Assembly (NCBI GenBank): GCA_050746005.1
Contig: JBOGLC010000118.1
Span: 28,465-92,464 of the forward strand
Direction: 5' to 3'
Length of the DNA: 64,000 nucleotides
Origin: Terriglobales bacterium
GTDB lineage: Bacteria > Acidobacteriota > Terriglobia > Terriglobales > Acidobacteriaceae
Below, one piece after another: positions 17,881 through 27,532 of this stretch. The stretch's first letter is position 1. Each line of letters opens with the position of its first letter. Below the pieces are notes generated by a model, which saw only the letters and a list, made by a program, of their open reading frames with translations, was not told the origin of the DNA and made no database searches. The position numbers and the translations under genes are program-made.

Positions 17881-19089
17881 GCCGGCAATCGCTTGGCGCG
17901 CCATCTCGGCGATGTGGCGTCCGATGGGGAGGGAAGCGGTGGCTGCGGGCGAGGGAACGTTCCACACGTGCAACATTTTGTTGACCTGGACGAACTGAAA
18001 GTCGTCTACCAGCGATCCATCGGGACGCACAGCTTGAGCGCGGACGCCGGAACCGTCGGCGACCAGATCCGCGCCGACGATTTCCGGCACCAGCCGCTGC
18101 AGAGCTTTTACAAATGCGCCCTTGCTCAGGGAGCGATAGTATTCGCTGGCGCCGTCGCGCCAGTATTTTCCCGCCATGTGCCAGAACCCCGGGTAGGTGA
18201 GCGTGCCGGCGAAATCCCGCAGGTTGAAATCGGTGCGCTTGTAGCCTTCCCGTTTGAAAGCCAGGACTGCGTTCGGTCCGGCGTCCACACCGCCCTGGAT
18301 GCGGCGCGTGAAGTGCACGCCAAGAAATGGGAACTTGGGATCGGGCACAGGATAGATCAGCGTGCGCACCAGATGCGTTCTCTCCGGAACCAGATCGTAA
18401 TACTCACCGCGAAAGGGCACGATCCTGACTTCCGGTTGCTGGCCCGCCATGCGGCTCACGCGATCGCTGTGCAGCCCGGCACAGTTGATCACATAGTTGG
18501 CGGCGAACTCTCCCCGGGTGGTCTCGACGATCATTTCGGCGCCGCGCCGAACCACCGCCCGAACTTCCGTCCCGGTGCTTAGTGTCCCGCCTTGCGCGAC
18601 TAGAATCTCGGCGTATTTGCGGCTGACTACGGCATAGTCGGTGATGCCGGTGCCCGGCACCAGCACGCCCAGCAAGCCGCTGCAGTGCGGTTCGATCTCG
18701 CGTAATTGTTCCTGCTGCAGCAGGCGCAGGCCGGCGAGGCCGTTGGCTTGTCCGCGCTCGAGCAGCACATTGAGGCGCGGGATTTCCTGGTCGCTGGTGG
18801 CCACGATCACCTTGCCGCAGATTTCGTGGGGCAATTGGTGCTTGCGGCAGAATTCCACCATCGCGGCCGCTCCCTCGACGCAGAATTTCGCCTTCAAAGA
18901 ACCGGGCTTGTAGTAAATGCCGGAGTGAATTACGCCGCTGTTGTGTCCGCTCTGGTGTCTGGCGACGCCATCTTCTTTTTCGACTAGCAGCAGTCGCAGC
19001 TGAGGCAGGACGCGGGTGGCGTGCATCGCGGTCGAGAGACCTACGATTCCTCCACCAATGATTACGATGTCGAAAGATTGGTCCGGCAT
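17875..19089 (-). CDS. lhgO: L-2-hydroxyglutarate oxidase/dehydrogenase (FAD-dependent)
   Basis: 'FDIVIIGGGIVGLSTA' FAD motif, then 'RHQSGHNSGVIHSGIYYKPGSLKA', characteristic of LhgO/YgaF. Trimmed to ATG 19089. Confidence 0.85.
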   Translation of the reverse strand: MPDQSFDIVIIGGGIVGLSTAMHATRVLPQLRLLLVEKEDGVARHQSGHNSGVIHSGIYYKPGSLKAKFCVEGAAAMVEFCRKHQLPHEICGKVIVATSDQEIPRLNVLLERGQANGLAGLRLLQQEQLREIEPHCSGLLGVLVPGTGITDYAVVSRKYAEILVAQGGTLSTGTEVRAVVRRGAEMIVETTRGEFAANYVINCAGLHSDRVSRMAGQQPEVRIVPFRGEYYDLVPERTHLVRTLIYPVPDPKFPFLGVHFTRRIQGGVDAGPNAVLAFKREGYKRTDFNLRDFAGTLTYPGFWHMAGKYWRDGASEYYRSLSKGAFVKALQRLVPEIVGADLVADGSGVRAQAVRPDGSLVDDFQFVQVNKMLHVWNVPSPAATASLPIGRHIAEMARQAIAGS

Positions 19090-19266
19090 AGCGGCGCAGG
19101 GAAATCTGCGCCACATTCTTTATACATGGCCGCCTGGATTGGGTGAAGTTACGGCGATTATTGCCTGCAACTCAGTTCGTCCTTCGACTTGCCTTAGGGT
19201 CTTGATGCTTGCGAAAGATCTGCCTGAAGCGGTTTCCACTTGACGACAATTACTCTGATGCGCGCC

Positions 19267-19326
19267 AGATCCCTTCGACTTCGCCCAAGGCAGACTCTTC
19301 GGGACTGAAGTCCCTCAGGATGACAT
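19267..19326 (-). repeat. REP-like element, family A' (GTCATCCTGAGGGACTTCAGTCCCGAAGAG...GAAGTCGAAGGGATCT)
   Basis: AGATCCCTTCGACTTCGCCCAAGGCAGACTCTTCGGGACTGAAGTCCCTCAGGATGACAT. Homologous copies at 38690 (+), 34509 (partial) and 62633 (partial). Confidence 0.8.
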
Positions 19327-19354
19327 AGATTGGCAGGCGCCCACTGTCTTGGCC

Positions 19355-22300
19355 TCATTGTACGATCAACGCCACTGTCGCGTTCCGCGTGATTGAGCCG
19401 ATCGTGCCGTTGACTGTAATGGTGTAACTGCCCGGCGGAGTTCCAGGATGTCCTGCGCCGCTGCCTCCGCCTCCGCCATCCCCTCCGCTGGGACCGCTAC
19501 TGCCTCCGCCGCAGGCTACCAATAGACCGAGCAACAAGCTCAGGACAGCAAGCCGCAAAGTTCTTTTCTTGAGACGCCGGCCAGAGTTTGTCAGTCCGCC
19601 GAAAGCCGTGACCACTGCGGCCAGAGACAAGCCCAGGTCGTACCAGAGCACATGAGATGTTCCTGCCATTCTCGATACGTTGGCGGTGGCTGCAGCGGTT
19701 GCGATTTTCAACACCACATTGGTGTCGCCTTGTCCCGAAGTCACCTGGCTAGGCGTGAACGAGCAAGTGGCTAAGGGAGGCAGTCCGGGACTCGAGCACG
19801 ACAGAGTCACGTTGCCTGGGAAAACGCTGCCATTGCCCAGCGGCATTACGTCCAGGTTGTAGCTGGCGGTCTGGCCCGACGAAATTGTCTGGCCGGTCGA
19901 ATTGTTGTTGATCACGAAGTTGAAGCCGACGATCAATTCCACCGGGATCGATTTGTGAATGTGGGCTGCATCGGTTCCGGTGGCGTCGATGGTGAAATTG
20001 AAGTGGTTCTGGGCATCGTGGCTGGCTGTTACCGCAAACCCGGCGCCCGCGGCGGTCGGGGTGAGCGTTGCCGGTGAAGGCGCGCACAGAAGCGGGACGG
20101 CCCCGGAACAGCGCAAGCTTACCGGGCTGGAATAGCCTCCGGAAGCGGTCAGCGTGCCGTTGAACACGACAGTTTCGTTCGGGTTTGCCGTCAATGATGG
20201 ATTGCTGACCGCGAGCGTGAAATCGGCAGCGCCGACGCTGCCGGCGCTGACCGTCAACGACAGGCTTTGGGTTCTGGCCGCCCCGCCTGCGACTGCACCG
20301 CTGATGGTAACTTGAGAGGTCCCAACCGGCGTGTTCGGACCGGCGCTTATGGTCAGGGTCACAGTCGCCGGGTTGCCGGACCCCGGTGAGACCGAGCTTG
20401 CGGGCAGAAAGTTGCAAGCGGCGCCGGCCGGCAATCCAGTGCAGGAAAGAGTGACCGCCTGGCTGAACGCTCCCGCCGCGGTTACCTGAAACGCCGCCGG
20501 CCCGGAAGTGCTGGATTGATTTGCGGTCAGGCTTGCGGGAGCGGGAGCCGTCAGATTGAAGTCCACGACGTGCAGGGTGAGAGAGAAATCGCGCGTGGTT
20601 GTATTCGGGTCGCTGCCAACGCCGTGAGCGTTGAACAAGTAGTCGCCCACCGGGCCGCTCGCATTTACGCTGAAGGTGCCGCCCGAGCTGGTGGGTGTCA
20701 CCGTGGAGGGTGCCGGAGCACAAGTTGGCGGCGGTGGCGTGGCCCGGCGGCTGCAACTCAGATTCACGGCGCTGCTGAAGCCATTCACGTCCTGCACCGT
20801 GGCGTTAAAAACGGCGCTTTGCCCGGCAAACGCGGTCAGCACATTGGCGGGCGAGGAAAATTGAAAATCCGGCCCTGACGCCAGAGTGAACTCCCAGATT
20901 CCGCGGCCATAAGTGGAAGCGCGAAGTTTTTTGGTGCCGCCGAAACTGAACATGCGCAACGCCGTGACCTCAACGTTGGGCAGGTATCCGGACTGACTTC
21001 TGCCCGGCGCTGGCCCCACCTCAGTCCAGGCCGGGCTGGTAGTGCTGCTCGCGAAAACTCCGACATCGGTTCCGACATAGACGGTATTCGCGGATGCATC
21101 TACCAGCACCGCATTGGCGGGCGCGTCGGGCAAACTTCCGGTGAAGTCTGTCCAGGATGCCCCGGCGCTGGTCGTTTTCCACACGTGGGAGACGTGAAAT
21201 CCCATGATGGTCAGGTAGGCGGTCTGGCCGGTGGAGTCCGAGCGGTCGACCGCAATGGCTGAGACTGGGAATCCGGACGGATTGGTGGCTCCGGTGCGAT
21301 CCATCCACGCACTCGGGCCGCCGCTGACGTTTGCAGCCACCCACACATGGCCTCCGCTGGGGATGAGGGGGCCGAGACCATCGGTTCCTGCGTACATCAC
21401 GTTGGAAAATCCGGAGCTGTCCTTGATCCCGCCCGCAGCCAGGGCCCGGACTGTGTTGACCTCGCCGCCGGTGCAGGTTTCGGTGCCGCCGGTTTCAAGG
21501 TTATTGGTAAGGGCGGAGAAAGTGCTGCCGTCGGTGGCTCCGCGCCACACCCGGCAAGTACCCACCAACAGCGCTCCGGAATTTTGCGGATCCAGAATGA
21601 AGGGGGTGAAAAGCGGTCCGGCATCGCCGCCCACGGTGGCGTTCGACACGACCAGGCCGCTGCTGAAATCCTGCGCCCGGCAGTCCACTCCGGAAGCGCA
21701 GCGCTGGATGCTCACATCCGTGTTCGCGGTGAACCATTCGGTGGGATTGTCGGGATTGATCTGGTTGTATCCGCCGGCGCCGGCATTCACGTTCGCCCAA
21801 CTGGTGTTGCTTTGCGATGTGCTGGTCGCGGGCGATCCGTTGTTCTCCGCGCCGCCCAGAATGGTGTTGGGATCGCTGGGATGCTGCGAAAAGGAAACGA
21901 ACTGAGTGATTGAGCCCAGGGTCTGGTTCAGACTATCGAACTGGTTGCTTCCGCCGCAGGCGCCGGTGAGAAGTCCGGTGTAGCCGTCCAGAGCACGATA
22001 GATTCCGCCATCGTTGGCAAAGTACATCACCACCTGGGTGTTGCTGCTGGTTTGCAAGAACGCCAGCGCGTGCTGGCTGGGGTGAACATGCGCAATCGAG
22101 CCAAAGCTGGGAGGACAGCCGTAAGCATGCGTAAGATTGATGAAAGTGTCGGGCGCGCTGCCGCCACAACTGGGCGACGCGCTGGTGATCCTGCACTTGT
22201 AAAGATTCACCGCCCCGGCGTAGAGATCGGTCACCTGCCCGTCCGGTACCGCGGCCAGTTCCAGGTTGTAAGCGCCCTGTTCGGTCCCGCAACCACCGAG

Positions 22301-23563
22301 CACGTCACCGCAATTGGCGATGCCGTCGTCGTTGATCTGGGTCCAGGAGCTGCCGCCGTTTTTGGTCTGCCAGATCAGGCGGTCCGTGTTGTTGCTGTCT
22401 ACGTACCAGAAATACATCTCGTCGCGGCCGGGCACGACCGCAAACTCTCCGCGATACAACGGACATGACGATTTGGTGGGAGAAGCCGGACAGGCGACCG
22501 GGCTCAGGCCGCCGGGCTGGCTGTTCAAGCGGTCCCAGTTGGCGCCATCGCTGGAGGAATAAATTCCATGCCATTGAATGGCGGCGAAGAACTTTCTGGC
22601 GATTGCGTTGTACACCACCGAGGTGGCCGAGCCGGGATCGATAACCAGTCCCGCATCCTTCACGGTGGCATAGGTCCACGAGAGGCCGCCGTCATTCGAG
22701 TAGTAGAGGCCGCGATTGGCGATCACCGGATGTTCCAGTCCCTCCACAACTCCCTGGGTTGCTCCCGCCGCGGCGGCAACCGCTACAGCGGGATTCACGG
22801 TGCTGAACGCGATTTGGCTGAAGCCGAGGCCGGCGAAGGATCGAGTGCCGCTGCTGTCTTGCGATATCAGCTTCCAGGTGCTGCCGGCGTCAGCGGAGCG
22901 CAGAATACCCAGTCCGTAATAGGAGTCAGCGGAGCTGTTGGTTTCTCCCGTGCCCACCAGGACCACGCTCCGAGAGGCGTCCGGACTGGTCAACTGCGGT
23001 TGGATGGCGATTGCGCCAACGGCCAGAGTGGGCTGGTCGTCGCTGAGCGGAGTCCAAGTAACACTTGAACTATTTGGATTGAGAGATCCGGCATTGCTGG
23101 ACTTCCATACCCCGCCATAAGCGCCGCCTATGTATACCGTGTTGCCGCTGCCATCCGCCGGGTCGACCGCTACGGCGGTGGCGCGGCCCGCGACCGGGCC
23201 GTAGTCCTGCACTCCCTGTCCCGTTGCATCGGAAGCCAGAGGGGCGGGGCCCAGGGCAGTCCAGTTGGTGCCGGAAGCGATTCGCGGAGCGGCGGTCACC
23301 CCGGCCACCTGTGCGGCAGCGCCGCGCAACGCCCGCAATTGCAACTTCTGCCGATGAGCACGATATCGCAGCGCAGCCGCGGGTTGTCCGGGAATTTCAC
23401 GGCCATGCCGGAACCAGAGCTCGCGCTGAGGCAAGGGGTGGCGACCTGGAACGGATGACGGTCCGGCTTCCGCGCTAATCTTTGTGGTTTGGGCGGACAC
23501 CAGCGCAGCCCAAAGTATCAGCCAGACAAATAACTGGCGGCGAAAGTAAAAGTTCATAAGCAC
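19355..23563 (-). CDS. 1402-aa exported BNR/Asp-box beta-propeller protein with four C-terminal Ig-like repeats
   Basis: Signal peptide 'LFVWLILWAALVSAQT'. Asp-box motifs 'SNDGGLSWT', 'SSDGANWD', 'TKNGGSSWT', 'SADAGSTWK', 'TTSAGASWT'. Four ~100-aa repeats each carry a conserved L-S/R-C...C pair. Confidence 0.85.
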   Translation of the reverse strand: MLMNFYFRRQLFVWLILWAALVSAQTTKISAEAGPSSVPGRHPLPQRELWFRHGREIPGQPAAALRYRAHRQKLQLRALRGAAAQVAGVTAAPRIASGTNWTALGPAPLASDATGQGVQDYGPVAGRATAVAVDPADGSGNTVYIGGAYGGVWKSSNAGSLNPNSSSVTWTPLSDDQPTLAVGAIAIQPQLTSPDASRSVVLVGTGETNSSADSYYGLGILRSADAGSTWKLISQDSSGTRSFAGLGFSQIAFSTVNPAVAVAAAAGATQGVVEGLEHPVIANRGLYYSNDGGLSWTYATVKDAGLVIDPGSATSVVYNAIARKFFAAIQWHGIYSSSDGANWDRLNSQPGGLSPVACPASPTKSSCPLYRGEFAVVPGRDEMYFWYVDSNNTDRLIWQTKNGGSSWTQINDDGIANCGDVLGGCGTEQGAYNLELAAVPDGQVTDLYAGAVNLYKCRITSASPSCGGSAPDTFINLTHAYGCPPSFGSIAHVHPSQHALAFLQTSSNTQVVMYFANDGGIYRALDGYTGLLTGACGGSNQFDSLNQTLGSITQFVSFSQHPSDPNTILGGAENNGSPATSTSQSNTSWANVNAGAGGYNQINPDNPTEWFTANTDVSIQRCASGVDCRAQDFSSGLVVSNATVGGDAGPLFTPFILDPQNSGALLVGTCRVWRGATDGSTFSALTNNLETGGTETCTGGEVNTVRALAAGGIKDSSGFSNVMYAGTDGLGPLIPSGGHVWVAANVSGGPSAWMDRTGATNPSGFPVSAIAVDRSDSTGQTAYLTIMGFHVSHVWKTTSAGASWTDFTGSLPDAPANAVLVDASANTVYVGTDVGVFASSTTSPAWTEVGPAPGRSQSGYLPNVEVTALRMFSFGGTKKLRASTYGRGIWEFTLASGPDFQFSSPANVLTAFAGQSAVFNATVQDVNGFSSAVNLSCSRRATPPPPTCAPAPSTVTPTSSGGTFSVNASGPVGDYLFNAHGVGSDPNTTTRDFSLTLHVVDFNLTAPAPASLTANQSSTSGPAAFQVTAAGAFSQAVTLSCTGLPAGAACNFLPASSVSPGSGNPATVTLTISAGPNTPVGTSQVTISGAVAGGAARTQSLSLTVSAGSVGAADFTLAVSNPSLTANPNETVVFNGTLTASGGYSSPVSLRCSGAVPLLCAPSPATLTPTAAGAGFAVTASHDAQNHFNFTIDATGTDAAHIHKSIPVELIVGFNFVINNNSTGQTISSGQTASYNLDVMPLGNGSVFPGNVTLSCSSPGLPPLATCSFTPSQVTSGQGDTNVVLKIATAAATANVSRMAGTSHVLWYDLGLSLAAVVTAFGGLTNSGRRLKKRTLRLAVLSLLLGLLVACGGGSSGPSGGDGGGGGSGAGHPGTPPGSYTITVNGTIGSITRNATVALIVQ

Positions 23564-23847
23564 CTGGAGCCGGAAGCAGACGAAACCACGACTATCACCT
23601 GCCGGCTGTTGCTCGCAGTGACGGGCCGGCGTAAATCTGCCTTTCTTTCTGTGATTGGGTCTAAATGGGAATCTGTGATGTGAGCAGGGAGGCAGCTGTG
23701 CCCTGCACTAAAGTTGACTTGACGGGGAGCGGGACGTCTGGCGTCCGGCGTCCGACTTCTGGAGCTTTACGGTTACGAAGATCGGGTGGTGCGGTTTGCG
23801 GTTATGCCTCTGGCAACACGCGGGGGGACGCCCGCGCCACCTCACGA

Positions 23848-24690
23848 CTAATCGGCTATCACTTTTTGCTGTTGTTGGCCCAGGCCCGGGATGCCTAATT
23901 TGATCACGTTGCCGGGGCGCAGGTAGGTCGGGGGTTTTTGGCCCAGACCCACGCCGGGCGGCGTGCCGGTAGAGATGATGTCTCCGGTCCTCAGGCTCAT
24001 AAACCGGCTCAAATAACTGATCAGGTAAGACACGCCGAAGACCATGGTTTTTGTGGATCCGTTCTGATAGCGGTGTCCGTCGACCTCGAGCCACAGATCC
24101 AGATTCTGCGGGTCGGGAACTTCGTCGGGCGTAACCAGCCATGGGCCGATGGGACCGAAGGTGTCGGCGCTCTTGCCTTTCACCCACTGGCCTGTGCTTT
24201 CGAGTTGGAAGGCCCGCTCCGAAACATCGTTGACCACGCAGTATCCGGCAACATGCGAGAGCGCATCGGCTTGGTCGACGTACTTTGCCGGCTTGCCGAT
24301 GACTATGCCGAGCTCGACTTCCCAGTCGGCTTTTTTGGCGCCACGAGGAATAACAACGTCATCGTCAGGACCACAAATGGATGATGTTGCCTTCATGAAG
24401 ATGACCGGCTCCGCGGGCACGGCCATCCCGGACTCGGCCGCGTGGTCGGAATAATTCAGACCGATGCAGATGAACTTTCCCACACTGCCCACGCAGGGGC
24501 CGATGCGGGTGTGGCCCGCGACTCGAGGTAAACGCGAGATGTCGGTCTGGCGCAGTTTTTCCATGGACTCAGGAAGCAAGGCGGGCCCGGCAAGATCGGG
24601 GATGAGGCTTGACAGATCGCGGATGCCGCCATCGGAAGCCAGCACGCCCGGCTTTTCCTCGCCGGGTAATCCATAACGCAGTAATTTCAT
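23848..24690 (-). CDS. fumarylacetoacetate hydrolase (FAH) family protein
   Basis: 'GLNYSDHAAE', 'DWEVELGIVIGK', 'GDIISTGTPPGVG' are typical FAH-fold metal and substrate motifs. GGAGA RBS. Confidence 0.85.
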   Translation of the reverse strand: MKLLRYGLPGEEKPGVLASDGGIRDLSSLIPDLAGPALLPESMEKLRQTDISRLPRVAGHTRIGPCVGSVGKFICIGLNYSDHAAESGMAVPAEPVIFMKATSSICGPDDDVVIPRGAKKADWEVELGIVIGKPAKYVDQADALSHVAGYCVVNDVSERAFQLESTGQWVKGKSADTFGPIGPWLVTPDEVPDPQNLDLWLEVDGHRYQNGSTKTMVFGVSYLISYLSRFMSLRTGDIISTGTPPGVGLGQKPPTYLRPGNVIKLGIPGLGQQQQKVIAD

Positions 24691-24711
24691 TGTTTCTCCA
24701 ATGGTCCTGAG

Positions 24712-26952
24712 CTATCTGGTTTTGGAAGCTACTGTATTTTCTACTTTGCCGCGCAATACGGTGATCGACGCCGGGGGGAGCGTGTATTGCGCTTCCGGAC
24801 CGCCGCTGTCGGTTGCGGTGACTGCGGGTCCGTCGGGATCGGCGTAGCCTTCTTTTCTTGCCGGATGCCACCGATACTGGGCTTTTCCGAATGTGACCAT
24901 GGCGACAGGTCCTGCAAAAGAGCCATCGGAATTGGCATCGCCGTCATGGAAGGCGATGCGGACCCGGTGCGGGTTGTCGTAGTCCTTGTTGATCAGCATG
25001 ACCGACCATTGACCGTCGGGACGGAGCACGGCGTAGGCCGTGACCAGAATGTGGCCATCGGCGTCTTTAATATCGCTGGCGGCGGTAAAGAGGCGATGCT
25101 CGGCATCGACCGGTTGCGCCCACTCCTGAGTGAGAAGCTGGGCGGCAAAGAACTGCGAGGTGCGCGACCGGATCTGGTAGTTCTTGTCGACCATGAACAT
25201 GTGGTAGGTTCCCCAGCTATTGGGACACACGGGGTGTGCCGGGGAGTAGGACAGCGCGTGATAGTAGAAGGTCGCCTGGCCGCCTGCGGTCAGAAAGCCG
25301 GCAAAGGTGTCGTCCAACCACAAGGCTCCAAAGATTTCTACCGAGGCCTCTCCGCCGTGAGCGTTGGTCTCGGTGTCGAGCAGCGGGACTTCTGGCGGTA
25401 ATCCATCGTCGCGCCAGACCTGCATGATGTGAGTGAGCAGTTGAGGTTCCTGGTAGATATTTTTCCACGGAGTTTCGCAACCATCATAGGGGTAGTGTTC
25501 GAAGGACATGAAGGCCAGGTCGGAAAGCCTGCCATGGGCCTTAAGGTAATCGAGAAAGCGCCCGAACCAGGAAGTCTTGCCATGCGCGTCGGGCCAGGCC
25601 TTGATGTCCTCGGTGACGCCTTCGAAGACCGGTCCTCCCAGCTTGAAATTCGGATCCACGCGATGCAGCGCCGCGGCCCACTGCAGGTAGAACGCGCCGT
25701 AATCTTCGGGTTGCATGTACTGGCCGTCGGGCTCTTCCCCCATTTCGACATACCAGATGGGATAGCCCCGCTTCTTCAGGTAAGTCATCTGAGCGACGGA
25801 ATCTTCGGGTGTGCCGTAGAGCATGGCTACGGGAATCACGGCGGGCAGGCCGCGCGTAATGCCGCTGGTATAGAACAGGTCGAGGCCGGGCTGATCTCCC
25901 GATTCCATGCGGTCGGGCGCAAGGTACAAATCTTTGGGCTCATGCCAGGGATCTACCGAGGAGCAGTAGGTGAGGGATTGTTGCTGGTCGGGAGAGTGGT
26001 GCAGCAAATCGATGAAGTCTCCGGCGGCGTTGATTGTTCCCAGATAAATCTCGCGGATGGCGTAGCCCACGCAGTTGCGGCGGTCGGTGGAACCGTGGGT
26101 GTCACAGGTGTTCGAGGATGCCGTCATCAGGATCCGGACAAATCTCGCGCTGACCGAAGATGATTCCAGGGGCAGGGTTACGGTGCCGCCTTTGCCATCG
26201 GTCACGCTTCCGGATGAGAAATTTTTCCATTCACCATTACCCTGGTCGTCCATCGCGTCTTCGCCGGTCCAGTACTGCACCTGGTAGGCGCGAGCGTAGG
26301 GTTCCGCCCAGGCGATGTGGATGGCGTTTACGTCCTGCTTTTTTCCCAGATCGACGACCACCCATTGCGGGTGGAGCGAATCGGCTTCGCCAGTGAATCG
26401 CTGAGTGAGATAGGGATTGCTCTTCCAGTACGTGTTGAGGTCGCCGTCATCGAGGCGCGAGAAGCCATCGAATTCGGTTCCTCCATTGCGGGTGAAGCCG
26501 CGATGTTGCAGGGCATAGCCGTACGAATGCCGGATCTGTTCCTGGGTCGGCGTGGCATCCCCGGTGAAGTAGCCTTTGTCGGAGTGATCGCTCCAGGTGC
26601 CCTTGGGGTTCCAATGCCAGGCCTGAACGAACAGTTCAGTATTTTGGCGATAGCTGACCGAGCCCCAGCCTGCGGAGAGCACCTGCTTCACCTGGTCGGG
26701 GCGGAAGAAGGTGTCGGTGGAGTTGCTGGGCACCCGGTCCACGGTGGTGCCCAGCGCATGCAGCGGGCTGAACTTGTTTACGACGTGGCTGGGCGTGGCA
26801 TCGATTCGAACGGTCTGCGCACAGGCCTCGCGCGTGAGGCTGGCGGTGCAGGCCAGCAGAAGAACCAGAAGGACGGAATGCACGATCCACTTTTCCGGCA
26901 GCGTTGGTCTCGGGTTGAGGCTGAGATGCCGCGTATTTTCGGTTGAGGGCAT
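24712..26952 (-). CDS. exported discoidin (F5/8 type C) domain protein fused to a clan GH-A-like TIM-barrel glycosidase domain (paralog 1)
   Basis: Signal peptide. Discoidin-like block 'HPQWVVVDLGKKQDVNAIHIAWAEPYARAYQVQYW...FVRILM'. Barrel motifs 'YVEMGEEPDG' and 'LLDTETNAHG'. Clearly homologous along its whole length to 32202-34406. Confidence 0.7.
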   Translation of the reverse strand: MPSTENTRHLSLNPRPTLPEKWIVHSVLLVLLLACTASLTREACAQTVRIDATPSHVVNKFSPLHALGTTVDRVPSNSTDTFFRPDQVKQVLSAGWGSVSYRQNTELFVQAWHWNPKGTWSDHSDKGYFTGDATPTQEQIRHSYGYALQHRGFTRNGGTEFDGFSRLDDGDLNTYWKSNPYLTQRFTGEADSLHPQWVVVDLGKKQDVNAIHIAWAEPYARAYQVQYWTGEDAMDDQGNGEWKNFSSGSVTDGKGGTVTLPLESSSVSARFVRILMTASSNTCDTHGSTDRRNCVGYAIREIYLGTINAAGDFIDLLHHSPDQQQSLTYCSSVDPWHEPKDLYLAPDRMESGDQPGLDLFYTSGITRGLPAVIPVAMLYGTPEDSVAQMTYLKKRGYPIWYVEMGEEPDGQYMQPEDYGAFYLQWAAALHRVDPNFKLGGPVFEGVTEDIKAWPDAHGKTSWFGRFLDYLKAHGRLSDLAFMSFEHYPYDGCETPWKNIYQEPQLLTHIMQVWRDDGLPPEVPLLDTETNAHGGEASVEIFGALWLDDTFAGFLTAGGQATFYYHALSYSPAHPVCPNSWGTYHMFMVDKNYQIRSRTSQFFAAQLLTQEWAQPVDAEHRLFTAASDIKDADGHILVTAYAVLRPDGQWSVMLINKDYDNPHRVRIAFHDGDANSDGSFAGPVAMVTFGKAQYRWHPARKEGYADPDGPAVTATDSGGPEAQYTLPPASITVLRGKVENTVASKTR

Positions 26953-27071
26953 GAAGATCTTTGATGGAATTTCGCTCGCGATAGTGTAAGAGGCTCGTCG
27001 TTTCTTCGCAACAACCCGGCTTGACTGAGGGCGGTTTTTTGACGCTGCTGGAGAAAATCAACGTCTTAAAC

Positions 27072-27107
27072 CGCAAAGAACGCAAAGACGCCGCAAAGTG
27101 CGCAAAG
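27072..27107 (+). repeat. four CGCAAAG heptads with 9-11-9 spacing
   Basis: cgcaaagaacgcaaagacgccgcaaagtgcgcaaag. Same heptad phasing as the array at 32114-32149. Confidence 0.8.
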
Positions 27108-27141
27108 AAGATCAGTACTTGGGAATATGGGCGCGAGCAGC

Positions 27142-27531
27142 TCACATTTGAGACGATCCGATCAGACTAAAGAGAAGAATAGCGAGCACGATTACGGTAA
27201 AAACGACGTACATGCCGTCCCGCTCTTCGGCAAATCCCCAGATCGAAAATATCACCCGGGCCACCGGAGTGGCGATCAGGAATAACAGCCCCAGCTGGAT
27301 GATGCTCCGGCCGCTCATACCCGCAGCGTTGCGCACGATGCCGGGCAGGCTGCGAAGGTCCGAAGGTTCGCCCCGGAATACACGGTAATCAGCGGGCGAA
27401 TGGCCATGCCGGGCGAGATACAGCACAGCGCCACAGAAGACCACGATTGCGGCAAGGCCTACCCCGGCGCGTAACAGATTGCCTAGAATGTTTTCAATCC
27501 GCTTGTCGGTCCAGGCCGGCTTCACAAGCAT
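27142..27531 (-). CDS. DUF1634 domain membrane protein
   Basis: 'ENILGNLLRAGVGLAAIVVFCGAVLYLARHG' and a 3-4 TM pattern. Its start lies 1 nt downstream of the TauE-family stop, the usual DUF81/DUF1634 pairing. Confidence 0.75.
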   Translation of the reverse strand: MLVKPAWTDKRIENILGNLLRAGVGLAAIVVFCGAVLYLARHGHSPADYRVFRGEPSDLRSLPGIVRNAAGMSGRSIIQLGLLFLIATPVARVIFSIWGFAEERDGMYVVFTVIVLAILLFSLIGSSQM

Positions 27532-27532
27532 T

